From a bacterium (GTDB lineage Bacteria; Patescibacteriota; Microgenomatia; Levybacterales; UBA12049), in assembly GCA_021791545.1 (NCBI GenBank), contig JAJYWL010000016.1, positions 87,545-151,544 on the forward strand: a stretch of DNA of 64,000 bases, in the 5' to 3' direction. A program made the translations under genes and the position numbers. The notes below the pieces were generated by a model that was not told the DNA's origin, did no database searches, and was given only the letters and a program-made list of their open reading frames with translations. Positions within the stretch are counted from its first letter, which is position 1; the number at the start of each line of letters is the position of its first letter. Below, piece after piece: positions 20,848-28,690 of this stretch.

Positions 20848-21276
20848 ATGAGACTTAAAGTCTTGACGCTTTTAGCTTTTCTCGTCTTAGGAGTTTTTGC
20901 TTACTATTTTATTAATAGACCATCGGTTAGTAATCAAAATATAACTCCATCCCTAACTCCAACTCCAACAAATCAACAAACAGTTTCTCCGACTTACTAT
21001 CCTGATACAAAAAGCGCAATCCAGGCTTTTATGGCTAATAAATATAAGAAACAATTATCGGAAGTAAAGATAACGGTTGATAAAGAAGTTCCGGGTTATG
21101 CAGCCGGAACTGTTATGTTCGGAGAAGGTGGGCCCGGAGAGGCGGGAGCCTGGTTAGCGGTGTTGGGAAATGGTTGGAATGTGGTATGGGACGGAAACGG
21201 AAATGTTGATTGTGTAAAAATGCGACAAGAATATGGTTTTCCTGATACTATACTCAAACCCAATTTCTGTAACTAA
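20848..21276 (+). CDS. hypothetical secreted or membrane-anchored protein
   Basis: N-terminal hydrophobic segment, a T/P-rich stretch, and two C-terminal Cys. No recognisable family. Confidence 0.4.
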   Translation: MRLKVLTLLAFLVLGVFAYYFINRPSVSNQNITPSLTPTPTNQQTVSPTYYPDTKSAIQAFMANKYKKQLSEVKITVDKEVPGYAAGTVMFGEGGPGEAGAWLAVLGNGWNVVWDGNGNVDCVKMRQEYGFPDTILKPNFCN

Positions 21277-21464
21277 ATTCTCCTAAAAAATCTGTTATAG
21301 ATATTTTTATTAAGAAAATAAAAACCTGTGAATATAACAAGAAAAATAGTTACATAAGGTTTCTTAAAGAAGAAAACGTCAATCAATTCTAGGATACAAA
21401 GAGTATTTCCTATAAAAAACATCAACGCAAAGCTTGTCCAAATTTTTTCTGATTCTTTATCCAT
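21273..21464 (-). CDS. hypothetical small membrane protein
   Basis: 63-aa hydrophobic ORF. Weak support. Confidence 0.2.
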   Translation of the reverse strand: MDKESEKIWTSFALMFFIGNTLCILELIDVFFFKKPYVTIFLVIFTGFYFLNKNIYNRFFRRI

Positions 21465-21577
21465 GATAATCTTTTTTCAGTCCACGATTACCTTCATTAA
21501 TGCGTCCACTGAGGTTTTAAGAGGCTTATTGCTTAACTAAATTCTTTTATGAAGTAATTTTTTTCTGCAACCTGCCG

Positions 21578-21943
21578 TTATTCAAAATGAGTATCTAATA
21601 TAAATACTTCAATCATTTCTCCCGTTTTTGTACTTATGTCGCTATGTGAACTTATTACCTTATGTCCCGTAACATCGCTAACGATAGAGCTTAAATGAGT
21701 GGTAAGAACTTGATGAAGTTTTTTCCTTATGTTTTTTACCAAATCAATTCCCTTTTCTCCCTCAAGAAGTTTTTCTTCTATTGGAAGAAGTTTCCCCTTG
21801 AGTCTTACTATTACCATGTCTTCCAGAATATATACCCTTGTCTCTTCAGGTCCTGTTCCTAGAGTATCTGAATAAAATTTGGTAACTTGTTTAGAGATAG
21901 TGTCTTTTACTTGTCCTAAGCTTAACTTTTTGTCCATAACCAT
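21578..21943 (-). CDS. DUF2294 (MpsC-like) family protein
   Basis: 121-aa sequence pattern (YSDTLGTGPEE...RVYILEDMVIVRLKG) matches the DUF2294 family. Confidence 0.55.
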   Translation of the reverse strand: MVMDKKLSLGQVKDTISKQVTKFYSDTLGTGPEETRVYILEDMVIVRLKGKLLPIEEKLLEGEKGIDLVKNIRKKLHQVLTTHLSSIVSDVTGHKVISSHSDISTKTGEMIEVFILDTHFE

Positions 21944-21949
21944 AAAAAA

Positions 21950-21977
21950 AGACCAGGCTTTTTAAGCTTTCTGGTCT
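21950..21977 (-). promoter_or_regulatory. 7-bp stem hairpin followed by a U-run directly abutting the AUG of the DUF2294 gene; candidate attenuator/expression platform
   Basis: AGACCAG-14 nt palindromic loop-CTGGTCT. On the minus strand it is followed by U6-7 and then ATG. A consensus-like sigma70 promoter (TTGAGT-17-TATAAT) lies about 50 nt upstream on the minus strand, at 22051..22023. Confidence 0.3.
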
Positions 21978-22072
21978 ACTCCCCAAACGATTAAAATAAT
22001 CTTTCAGCGGTCTACCAGTAGAGATTATACTATAAAACTGAGGCTAACTCAAGGTTTTGATATAATCCGGTT

Positions 22073-22357
22073 ATGAGCGATACAAAAATTCTTGAACAAA
22101 AAATTAAAGATCTTGAAGAAAAAATAAAAAAACTTGAAGGAGAGCTTGAATATTATTCGGAAGAAAGAAAGTGGATGGAACAACTTTATGAACATGCGGA
22201 AAAACTTGTGATTAAAAACAAGAAAGCTACTGCCTTTTTTCTTCAAAGACATCTATTAATAGACTTTCAAAGAGCTTCGGAATTACTGAAAAGACTGGAA
22301 AAAAATGGTGTAGTGGGAAAAGATCTGGGTTTTGAGTCAAGAAAGGTTTTAAAATGA
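22073..22357 (+). CDS. small coiled-coil protein with a C-terminal FtsK-gamma-like winged-helix domain
   Basis: The C-terminus (TAFFLQRHLLIDFQRASELLKRLEKNGVVGKDLGFESRKVL) aligns with the FtsK gamma consensus ([37 protein letters not shown]). TATAAT lies 6 nt before the ATG. Confidence 0.5.
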   Translation: MSDTKILEQKIKDLEEKIKKLEGELEYYSEERKWMEQLYEHAEKLVIKNKKATAFFLQRHLLIDFQRASELLKRLEKNGVVGKDLGFESRKVLK

Positions 22358-22707
22358 AAAAAGCAAAAGATGTAGAAGAATATATTAATCAAGCACCTTT
22401 TGAAATTCAGGATAAACTTCGGGGACTTAGAGAAATTATTAAAGAAATAGTTCCTCTGGCAAAGGAGAAAATAAGTTACGGAATGGCATTTTATGAATAC
22501 AAGGGAAGATTAGTATATTTTGGATACCAGAAAAAACATATAGGTCTCTACATTCCTCCTCCCGTAATTGAAAACAATACAGATTTATTAAAGGATTATG
22601 TGACAACAAAATCTGCGGTTCATTTGTCTTTGGATAAAAAGCTTCCTAAAGCTCTTATAACAAAACTTGTAAAAGACAGGATTAAATGGAACGAAAGTAA
22701 TAAATAA
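22354..22707 (+). CDS. DUF1801 (YdhG-like) domain protein
   Basis: 117 aa with a pattern typical of DUF1801. It shows an ATGA start/stop overlap with the upstream gene. Confidence 0.55.
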   Translation: MKKAKDVEEYINQAPFEIQDKLRGLREIIKEIVPLAKEKISYGMAFYEYKGRLVYFGYQKKHIGLYIPPPVIENNTDLLKDYVTTKSAVHLSLDKKLPKALITKLVKDRIKWNESNK

Positions 22708-22765
22708 AGCTACCTTTTACAAAGTACTCCTTGAAAATTATTTATGTATTTTTTATATTAAAATT

Positions 22766-23152
22766 GTGGGTAGGAAATTTCTTAAGGACTATCTATTTTG
22801 GGGTTTCCTTCTTTGGCTTCTTGGCTATCTTCTAGGTTTATTATTCTTTATTCTAGTTCCCAGAGATTTTATCGGTTGGGTCATAATGCCGATCGGAATT
22901 TTAGCTACTGTCATTGTTCTCTTTAAAAAGATTAAGAGTAAAAGTTTTAAGCATTATGTAAAAATAGGAATCGCCTGGACATTAATCGCAATTATTCTGG
23001 ATTATGTTTTTCTCGTTAAGCTCTTAAGGCCTCAGGATGGTTATTATAAGTTTGATGTTTATGTTTACTATCTTTCTACTTTTCTTTTACCTGTTTTAGT
23101 GGGTTGGCTTATTACAAAGAAAAAGTTGAAGATTTCCCTTAAGTGGCAATAG
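22766..23152 (+). CDS. hypothetical 4-TM membrane protein
   Basis: Hydrophobicity pattern only. Confidence 0.4.
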   Translation: MGRKFLKDYLFWGFLLWLLGYLLGLLFFILVPRDFIGWVIMPIGILATVIVLFKKIKSKSFKHYVKIGIAWTLIAIILDYVFLVKLLRPQDGYYKFDVYVYYLSTFLLPVLVGWLITKKKLKISLKWQ

Positions 23153-23220
23153 TAAAGGACTTACTAATTTCTTACATTCTTCTTTTCAAACTCTTCAGCT
23201 AAAAGTAGTAAATTTTTTAC

Positions 23221-23682
23221 GTGAACAACAAAATTTTTCCTTGTCTATGGTTTGATAGAGAGGCTGAAGAAGCTGCAAAGTTCTATACCTCTGTTTTTAG
23301 AAATTCAAAAATAATTACCACAACAAGATATGACGCTTCATCTGCAAAAGCTGCCGGTTTACCGGAGGGAACGGTAATGACTGTAATATTTGAACTCGAT
23401 GGAATGCAGTTTATGGCATTAAACGGAGGACCTTTGTTTAAATTTTCGGAAGCAATTTCGTTTGTTGTAAATTGTAAAGATCAGGAAGAAATAGATTACT
23501 ATTGGAAAGCTCTTTCTGCCCATCCAGAGAATGAGCAGTGTGGCTGGTTAAAAGATAAGTTCGGGCTTTCGTGGCAGATAGTTCCCGGAAATTTAGGAGA
23601 GCTTATTACTTCTCCTAAGGCAACAGCAAAACTTATGGATATGAAAAAGATTGTAATAGATGAATTGAAAAACGCACAGTAA
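23221..23682 (+). CDS. PhnB-like / VOC family protein (3-demethylubiquinone-9 3-methyltransferase-like domain)
   Basis: CLWFDREAEEAAKFY N-terminal signature of PhnB-like proteins. Confidence 0.65.
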   Translation: MNNKIFPCLWFDREAEEAAKFYTSVFRNSKIITTTRYDASSAKAAGLPEGTVMTVIFELDGMQFMALNGGPLFKFSEAISFVVNCKDQEEIDYYWKALSAHPENEQCGWLKDKFGLSWQIVPGNLGELITSPKATAKLMDMKKIVIDELKNAQ

Positions 23683-23696
23683 TTGAAAGGAAATAT

Positions 23697-24128
23697 ATGG
23701 TTCAACTTTATCCTTATTTAAATTTTAACGGACAAGGACAAGAAGCAATGCAATTTTATCAATCGGTTCTGGGTGGGGATTTGAAAATCCAAACTTATGA
23801 AGAATCCGGACAGGCAAAAAAACCTGAAGAAAATAATCTTTTGATGCATGGAGAATTAAGAACAGATAACGGGATTATTTTTTATGCAGCTGACGGAAAT
23901 GAAGAACATAAGGTAGAAATGGGAAACAGCGTTCATATGAGTCTACAGGGAGATGATGAGGAGCTTTTGACAAAATATTTTAATGGTTTGTCTGAAGGAG
24001 GGAATGTTGAGTTTCCTTTGTCGAAGCAATTTTGGGGAGATACTTTCGGTATGTTTACGGATAAGTTTGGGATTCATTGGATGGTAAACATTACTTCTAA
24101 GGAAAGAATGAGTGGAGGTGAAAAATGA
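23697..24128 (+). CDS. PhnB-like / VOC family protein
   Basis: PYLNFNGQGQEAMQFYQSVLGG N-terminal PhnB-like signature. Confidence 0.6.
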   Translation: MVQLYPYLNFNGQGQEAMQFYQSVLGGDLKIQTYEESGQAKKPEENNLLMHGELRTDNGIIFYAADGNEEHKVEMGNSVHMSLQGDDEELLTKYFNGLSEGGNVEFPLSKQFWGDTFGMFTDKFGIHWMVNITSKERMSGGEK

Positions 24129-24520
24129 ATTTTATTTCAATTCTTCTTTTTTCGGAAAATCCGGAAAAGCTTTCAGATTTTTATTCAAAAGTTTTTCAAA
24201 AAGATCCTGATTGGTCCGAGAGTGGTTACTACGGATTTATGGTAGGCCAGTCGGTAATAACGATAGGCCCACACGATAAGGTAAAAGGAAAGAGCAAAAA
24301 TCCGGAAAGGATAATGCTTAATTTTGAAACAGAAGATGTTAAGGGTGAATTCGAAAGAGTAAAAGATATTGAGGGAGCAGAAGTTATAGCTGAACCTTAC
24401 TCGCCTGATGAGGAAGAAAAAACTTTTATTTCTACGCTTGCAGATCCTGACGGAAATTTTTTCCAGATAACTTCAACATGGGAAGAAATGTCTGAAGGTA
24501 TGGAAAACCTTTCAAACTAA
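24125..24520 (+). CDS. VOC/glyoxalase-like family protein
   Basis: Small protein with a VOC-like pattern (FYSKVF...ADPDGNFFQI). Confidence 0.45.
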   Translation: MNFISILLFSENPEKLSDFYSKVFQKDPDWSESGYYGFMVGQSVITIGPHDKVKGKSKNPERIMLNFETEDVKGEFERVKDIEGAEVIAEPYSPDEEEKTFISTLADPDGNFFQITSTWEEMSEGMENLSN

Positions 24521-24522
24521 AA

Positions 24523-24993
24523 CTATTTAATCCCTTTGTTTTTAAACCATGAAGTGCCGACAAGGGCTTTAAAAATATCTCCCTTGGTTATTATTCCGAT
24601 GAGTTTTCCTTTACTGTCAACGACGGGCAGTCGGCTTATGCTCTTTACTGACATTATTGACTCGGCCTTTAGGACGGCATCGTCTATATGTATACTAACT
24701 ACCTTCTTGCACATGGCATCCTTTACTTTTTGGGATAGAACATTTTTTACCCTTGCTTCCATTACCTCAAAATCCCTTTCGTGGACATAGTCTTCCATTA
24801 AATTTCTTACATCCGGGAATACTCTGGAAAGGATATCCTGTTCGGTTATGAAACCTATCAGTTTTTTTGTTTTTCCATTTATCACAGGGAGACCTTTATG
24901 TTTATGCCCAAAAATATACTTAGAGGCTTCGGAAAGCGAAGTATCTGGTGTAAGATAGTTTACTTTTTTCTGGAAAATATCTCTGACTTTCAT
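24523..24993 (-). CDS. CBS domain pair protein
   Basis: Two CBS motifs (GLPVINGKTKKLIGFITEQDIL and RLPVVDSKGKLIGIITKGDIF). Confidence 0.7.
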   Translation of the reverse strand: MKVRDIFQKKVNYLTPDTSLSEASKYIFGHKHKGLPVINGKTKKLIGFITEQDILSRVFPDVRNLMEDYVHERDFEVMEARVKNVLSQKVKDAMCKKVVSIHIDDAVLKAESIMSVKSISRLPVVDSKGKLIGIITKGDIFKALVGTSWFKNKGIK

Positions 24994-25165
24994 TATTTCA
25001 CCCCCTTCCAGAATTTTCCCGTTCTATAACTTCAACTTTTACTTTCTTATATATGAGTTTACCACTTTTATGCAACATAAATAATTCTGTCTATATATTT
25101 GTTATAGGAGAATCAAAATCAGTAACAGTTATGCAAGTTTATTGGAAAAGAGTGGTTAAGAAGTC

Positions 25166-25249
25166 TTAGTTGTGCTGTGTTCCGTGTCTTAATCCTTTTT
25201 TTCTCTTAGCTATTCCTTTTCCTAGTTTTTTTCTTTTAGATTTAGCCAT
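25166..25249 (-). CDS. unannotated 27-aa highly basic peptide (MAKSKRKKLGKGIAKRKKGLRHGTQHN), possible small ribosomal-type protein
   Basis: A perfect AGGAGG sits 9 nt upstream of the ATG on the minus strand. The ORF was too short for the supplied ORF track. Confidence 0.3.
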   Translation of the reverse strand: MAKSKRKKLGKGIAKRKKGLRHGTQHN

Positions 25250-25345
25250 TGTTAATTACCTCCTACATATATTTTACCATTTAGCTTGTGTTAAGAGAAG
25301 TCTCACTTTAATGAATTCTTTACATAAAGAGTTTATACTCGATTT

Positions 25346-25831
25346 ATGGATGAAACTAAAATTTTAAGAATGGAACTTTTGAGTTTATTAAGAGGAGGAA
25401 ATGCTCATATGACTTTTGATCAAGCTATTGAAGAGTTTCCGAGAAATAGAATAAACGAAGTTTTCCCAAACGGAAATTATTCTTCATGGGCTTTGTTGGA
25501 GCATATAAAAAGAACACAATCAGACATCCTAGAATTTATAAAAGAGAATAATTATAAGGAAAAAGAGTGGCCAAAGGATTACTGGCCAGATTCTTCCATT
25601 AAGGCAGATGAACATGATTGGAAGAAGACAATAGAAGAGTATAAAAAAGACTTAAGGGACTTGGAAGAGATTGTTAACGATGAAAAGATAGATTTATATA
25701 AAGAGATTCCTTGGGGAGAGGGACAAAATATATTAAGAGAAATTCAACTTGTCGCAGATCACTCTTCCTATCATATAGGAGAATTTGCGATAATGAGACA
25801 GGTCATGGGAACTTGGGGAAAAGGCCATTAA
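25346..25831 (+). CDS. DinB/YfiT-like (DinB_2) family protein
   Basis: Four-helix-bundle DinB_2 pattern, including the HSSYHIGE metal-binding His region. Confidence 0.55.
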   Translation: MDETKILRMELLSLLRGGNAHMTFDQAIEEFPRNRINEVFPNGNYSSWALLEHIKRTQSDILEFIKENNYKEKEWPKDYWPDSSIKADEHDWKKTIEEYKKDLRDLEEIVNDEKIDLYKEIPWGEGQNILREIQLVADHSSYHIGEFAIMRQVMGTWGKGH

Positions 25832-25882
25832 GGTTCAACTTTTTTTAAGCTTTTTCTAAGGTTACTTTTTTAGACTGAATCA

Positions 25883-26371
25883 ATGAAAAAATATCTTCAG
25901 ATAACTCTTATCCTAGGCGCTTTTGGACTATTGGTTATTTTTAGACAGTTAAGAGGATCCGAAACTCCCGTAATCGGCAAGCAAAATCAGAACTCTTTTG
26001 GCGTAGGACAGACACAGACACAAACACAAACAACAACTCCTACGGGAAGTCCTCAAAATCAAAATCAACCCCAAACCAGCGCAATGGCATATAAAGACGG
26101 GACTTACACAGGAAGTGTGGAAGACGCATTTTACGGAAATGTTCAGGTCCAAGTTATTGTAAGCGGAGGAAAGATAAGCGATGTTAATTTTCTCCAATAC
26201 CCAAATGACAATCAGACATCACAATTTGTAAATTCTCAGGCAATGCCCCTTCTAAAACAAGAAGCTTTACAAGCACAAAGTTCACAAGTTGATATTGTTT
26301 CGGGAGCTTCCGCGACGAGTCAGGCTTTTCAAGCTTCTCTTACCAACGCTTTAAATCAGGCAAAAATATAA
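25883..26371 (+). CDS. FMN-binding domain protein (NqrC/RnfG-like), membrane anchored
   Basis: N-terminal TM segment. FMN_bind signature (YKDGTYTGS...VDIVSGASATSQAF), including the flavinylation-site motif D-x-x-S-G-A-S. Confidence 0.7.
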   Translation: MKKYLQITLILGAFGLLVIFRQLRGSETPVIGKQNQNSFGVGQTQTQTQTTTPTGSPQNQNQPQTSAMAYKDGTYTGSVEDAFYGNVQVQVIVSGGKISDVNFLQYPNDNQTSQFVNSQAMPLLKQEALQAQSSQVDIVSGASATSQAFQASLTNALNQAKI

Positions 26372-27111
26372 TGAAAAAAACTGCGGTAATTATGGGGATG
26401 CCCGTAATTATAGAAATACTGGATAAAAATGCAAAAGAAAGCGATATTGACGAGGTCTTTAGTTACTTTGTCTCTATAGACGAAAAATTTAGTCCTTACA
26501 AAAATGATAGTGAAGTATCAAAAATTAATAGAAAAGAAATTGATGAGAGAAACTACAGTAAAGAGATGAAATATATATTAAAGGAAGCCGCAAGAACAAA
26601 GAAAGAAACAAACGGATATTTTGAAATAAATCTCAACGGTAAGTTCGATCCTTCGGGAATAGTTAAAGGGTATGCAATCTTTGAAGGGGCAAGAAAATTA
26701 AAAGCGAAAGGATTTAAGAATTATTACGTTGAAATTGCGGGGGATATTCAGGTTTCCGGAACGAATAAAGAAGATAAGTCTTGGAAAGTGGGAATTCGTA
26801 ATCCATTCAATCAGGAAGAAATAGTAAAAGTAGTTAACATTTCAGATAATGGAATTGCAACTTCAGGAAATTATATAAGGGGAAAGCATATTTTTAATCC
26901 GGTTTCTAATAAAGAAGCAGACGAGATTGCGAGTATAAGCGTAATTGCCAAAAACGTCTATGATGCAGACAGGTATGCAACTGCTGCGTTTGCCATGGGG
27001 GAGAAAGGAATATATTTTCTTGATAAACTTAAAGGAGTAGAGGGATACATGATAACAAAAGATAAAAAAGCAGTGTACACTAAAAATTTTGAAAAGTTCG
27101 TAATAAATTAA
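26371..27111 (+). CDS. apbE: FAD:protein FMN transferase
   Basis: The ApbE family pattern and its position between an FMN_bind protein and a flavoprotein membrane subunit support the call. It is 246 aa, shorter than typical ApbE. Confidence 0.7.
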   Translation: MKKTAVIMGMPVIIEILDKNAKESDIDEVFSYFVSIDEKFSPYKNDSEVSKINRKEIDERNYSKEMKYILKEAARTKKETNGYFEINLNGKFDPSGIVKGYAIFEGARKLKAKGFKNYYVEIAGDIQVSGTNKEDKSWKVGIRNPFNQEEIVKVVNISDNGIATSGNYIRGKHIFNPVSNKEADEIASISVIAKNVYDADRYATAAFAMGEKGIYFLDKLKGVEGYMITKDKKAVYTKNFEKFVIN

Positions 27112-27112
27112 A

Positions 27113-28636
27113 ATGAAATTCATAGATTCTATTTTGAACAGGGTTACAATGTACAGACTCACTCTGTATTATTTGATATTTTTGGTAGGTTCGGCTTCTC
27201 TTCTGAGTTTTCTTGGATTCTTTAAAACTTTTTCTTTTGATGATATCTTAATTTCATCAGGTATAGTCATTATTACTTCATATATTTCTAATTACATTTT
27301 CTCTAAGTTATTAAGTGCTCCAACGAATGTAGAATCTGTCTATATTACCGCCTTAATACTCGTACTCATAGTGCCGGTAAGGCTTCCAGTAGATCTTCCG
27401 TTTCTGGTTGCAGCTTCTGTTGTAGCAATGGCTTCTAAATATCTCTTAACTATTGAAAAGACTCATGTATTTAATCCCGCAGCTGTTTCTGTTGCTGCTA
27501 TTGCACTTCTTTCGCCGGAACATACCGCTACTTGGTGGATCGGGACTCCAATAATGTTCCCTTTTGTTTTGGCAGGAGGGTTATTGCTTATAAGAAAGAT
27601 TGAAAGAGCTAATATGGTTTTTACTTTTTTAATCGCTTATCTTGTCATTATCGGTTCGGCAACAATTCTTTCGGGAGGCTCAATATTTAAAGTTTGGGAA
27701 ATAAGTCTTTTAAGAACAGCTCTTTTATTCTTTGCTTTTGTAATGTTTACAGAACCCATTACTAGTCCTTCCGTTTCTAAATTTAGAGATTACTATGCTT
27801 ATGTTGTAGCCTTTTTTTATGCTACGCCACAACTAAATTTTTTAAGCATAGGACTTACTCCTGAAATAGCTCTTTTACTTGGCAACGTTTTTTCATATAT
27901 TGTTAATCCTAAATATAAATTGGTGCTTCCTTTAAAATTTACAAATTGGTTGTCTCCAACAACTGCAGAATTTGCTTTTGCTCTTCCCCAAAAAATTAAA
28001 TTCAATCCGGGACAATATATGGAATGGACCCTTCCTCACAAAAATACCGATTCTAGAGGCAATAGGAGATACTTTAGTATTTCATCAACGCCAAATGAGG
28101 AAGATCTAAAAGTTACAGTAAGATTTAATAATCCCTCAAGTTCTTATAAACAATTCTTAAGCAAGATGAGAGAAGGAGATAAAATCTTTGCGTCTCAGCT
28201 TTCAGGAGATTTCGTTTTGTCTGACGATCCTAAACCAATTGCCTTAATAGCAGGTGGAGTTGGAGTTGCTCCTTTTAAAAGTATGATACAGGATATTATT
28301 GAAAAAGGTATTAAAAAAGACATAATTTTAATTTATTCAAATAAAACGGAAGACGAAATAATTTTTAAAGATTTATTTGAGAAAGCTAAAGGTTATGGAG
28401 TAAAAACAGTTTATGTTTTGACGGATGTTGAACATCTTCCTTTAGGATGGACGGGAGAAAAAGGAAGATTAAATCAAGATAAAATAAGAGAGATTATTCC
28501 CGATTATAATCAAAGGATATTTTATCTTTCGGGGCCACAGCTCATGGTACAGTCTTTTCAGGAGATACTCAAAGAGATGGGAGTTAAGAGAACTCAGGTT
28601 AAGAAAGACTTCTTCCCTGGTTATGAAGAAAAGTGA
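27113..28636 (+). CDS. fusion of an RnfD/NqrB-like membrane domain and an NqrF-like FAD/NAD(P)-binding oxidoreductase domain
   Basis: The N-terminal polytopic domain has HVFNPAA and MFTEPITSP motifs resembling the NqrB/RnfD NPA and M-x-TDP-TSP blocks, plus GSATILSGGS. The C-terminus has RRYFSISS (RxYS FAD site) and GGVGVAPF (NAD site). Confidence 0.6.
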   Translation: MKFIDSILNRVTMYRLTLYYLIFLVGSASLLSFLGFFKTFSFDDILISSGIVIITSYISNYIFSKLLSAPTNVESVYITALILVLIVPVRLPVDLPFLVAASVVAMASKYLLTIEKTHVFNPAAVSVAAIALLSPEHTATWWIGTPIMFPFVLAGGLLLIRKIERANMVFTFLIAYLVIIGSATILSGGSIFKVWEISLLRTALLFFAFVMFTEPITSPSVSKFRDYYAYVVAFFYATPQLNFLSIGLTPEIALLLGNVFSYIVNPKYKLVLPLKFTNWLSPTTAEFAFALPQKIKFNPGQYMEWTLPHKNTDSRGNRRYFSISSTPNEEDLKVTVRFNNPSSSYKQFLSKMREGDKIFASQLSGDFVLSDDPKPIALIAGGVGVAPFKSMIQDIIEKGIKKDIILIYSNKTEDEIIFKDLFEKAKGYGVKTVYVLTDVEHLPLGWTGEKGRLNQDKIREIIPDYNQRIFYLSGPQLMVQSFQEILKEMGVKRTQVKKDFFPGYEEK

Positions 28637-28690
28637 TTGAATTAAGTTTTCCCTTACGCTATTCTTAATAAGCTTATTTAAAATACTTGA

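Noticed and set aside
25170-25367. Plus-strand 65-aa ORF in the CBS/DinB intergenic gap
   Set aside because: It has no Shine-Dalgarno sequence and a hydrophobic low-complexity translation. It overlaps the much better supported minus-strand basic mini-ORF and runs into the DinB start, so it is likely spurious.
26000-26050. ACACAGACACAAACACAAACAACAACT microsatellite-like run
   Set aside because: It simply encodes the QTQTQTQTTT low-complexity linker of the FMN-binding protein. It is not an independent repeat element or a CRISPR array.
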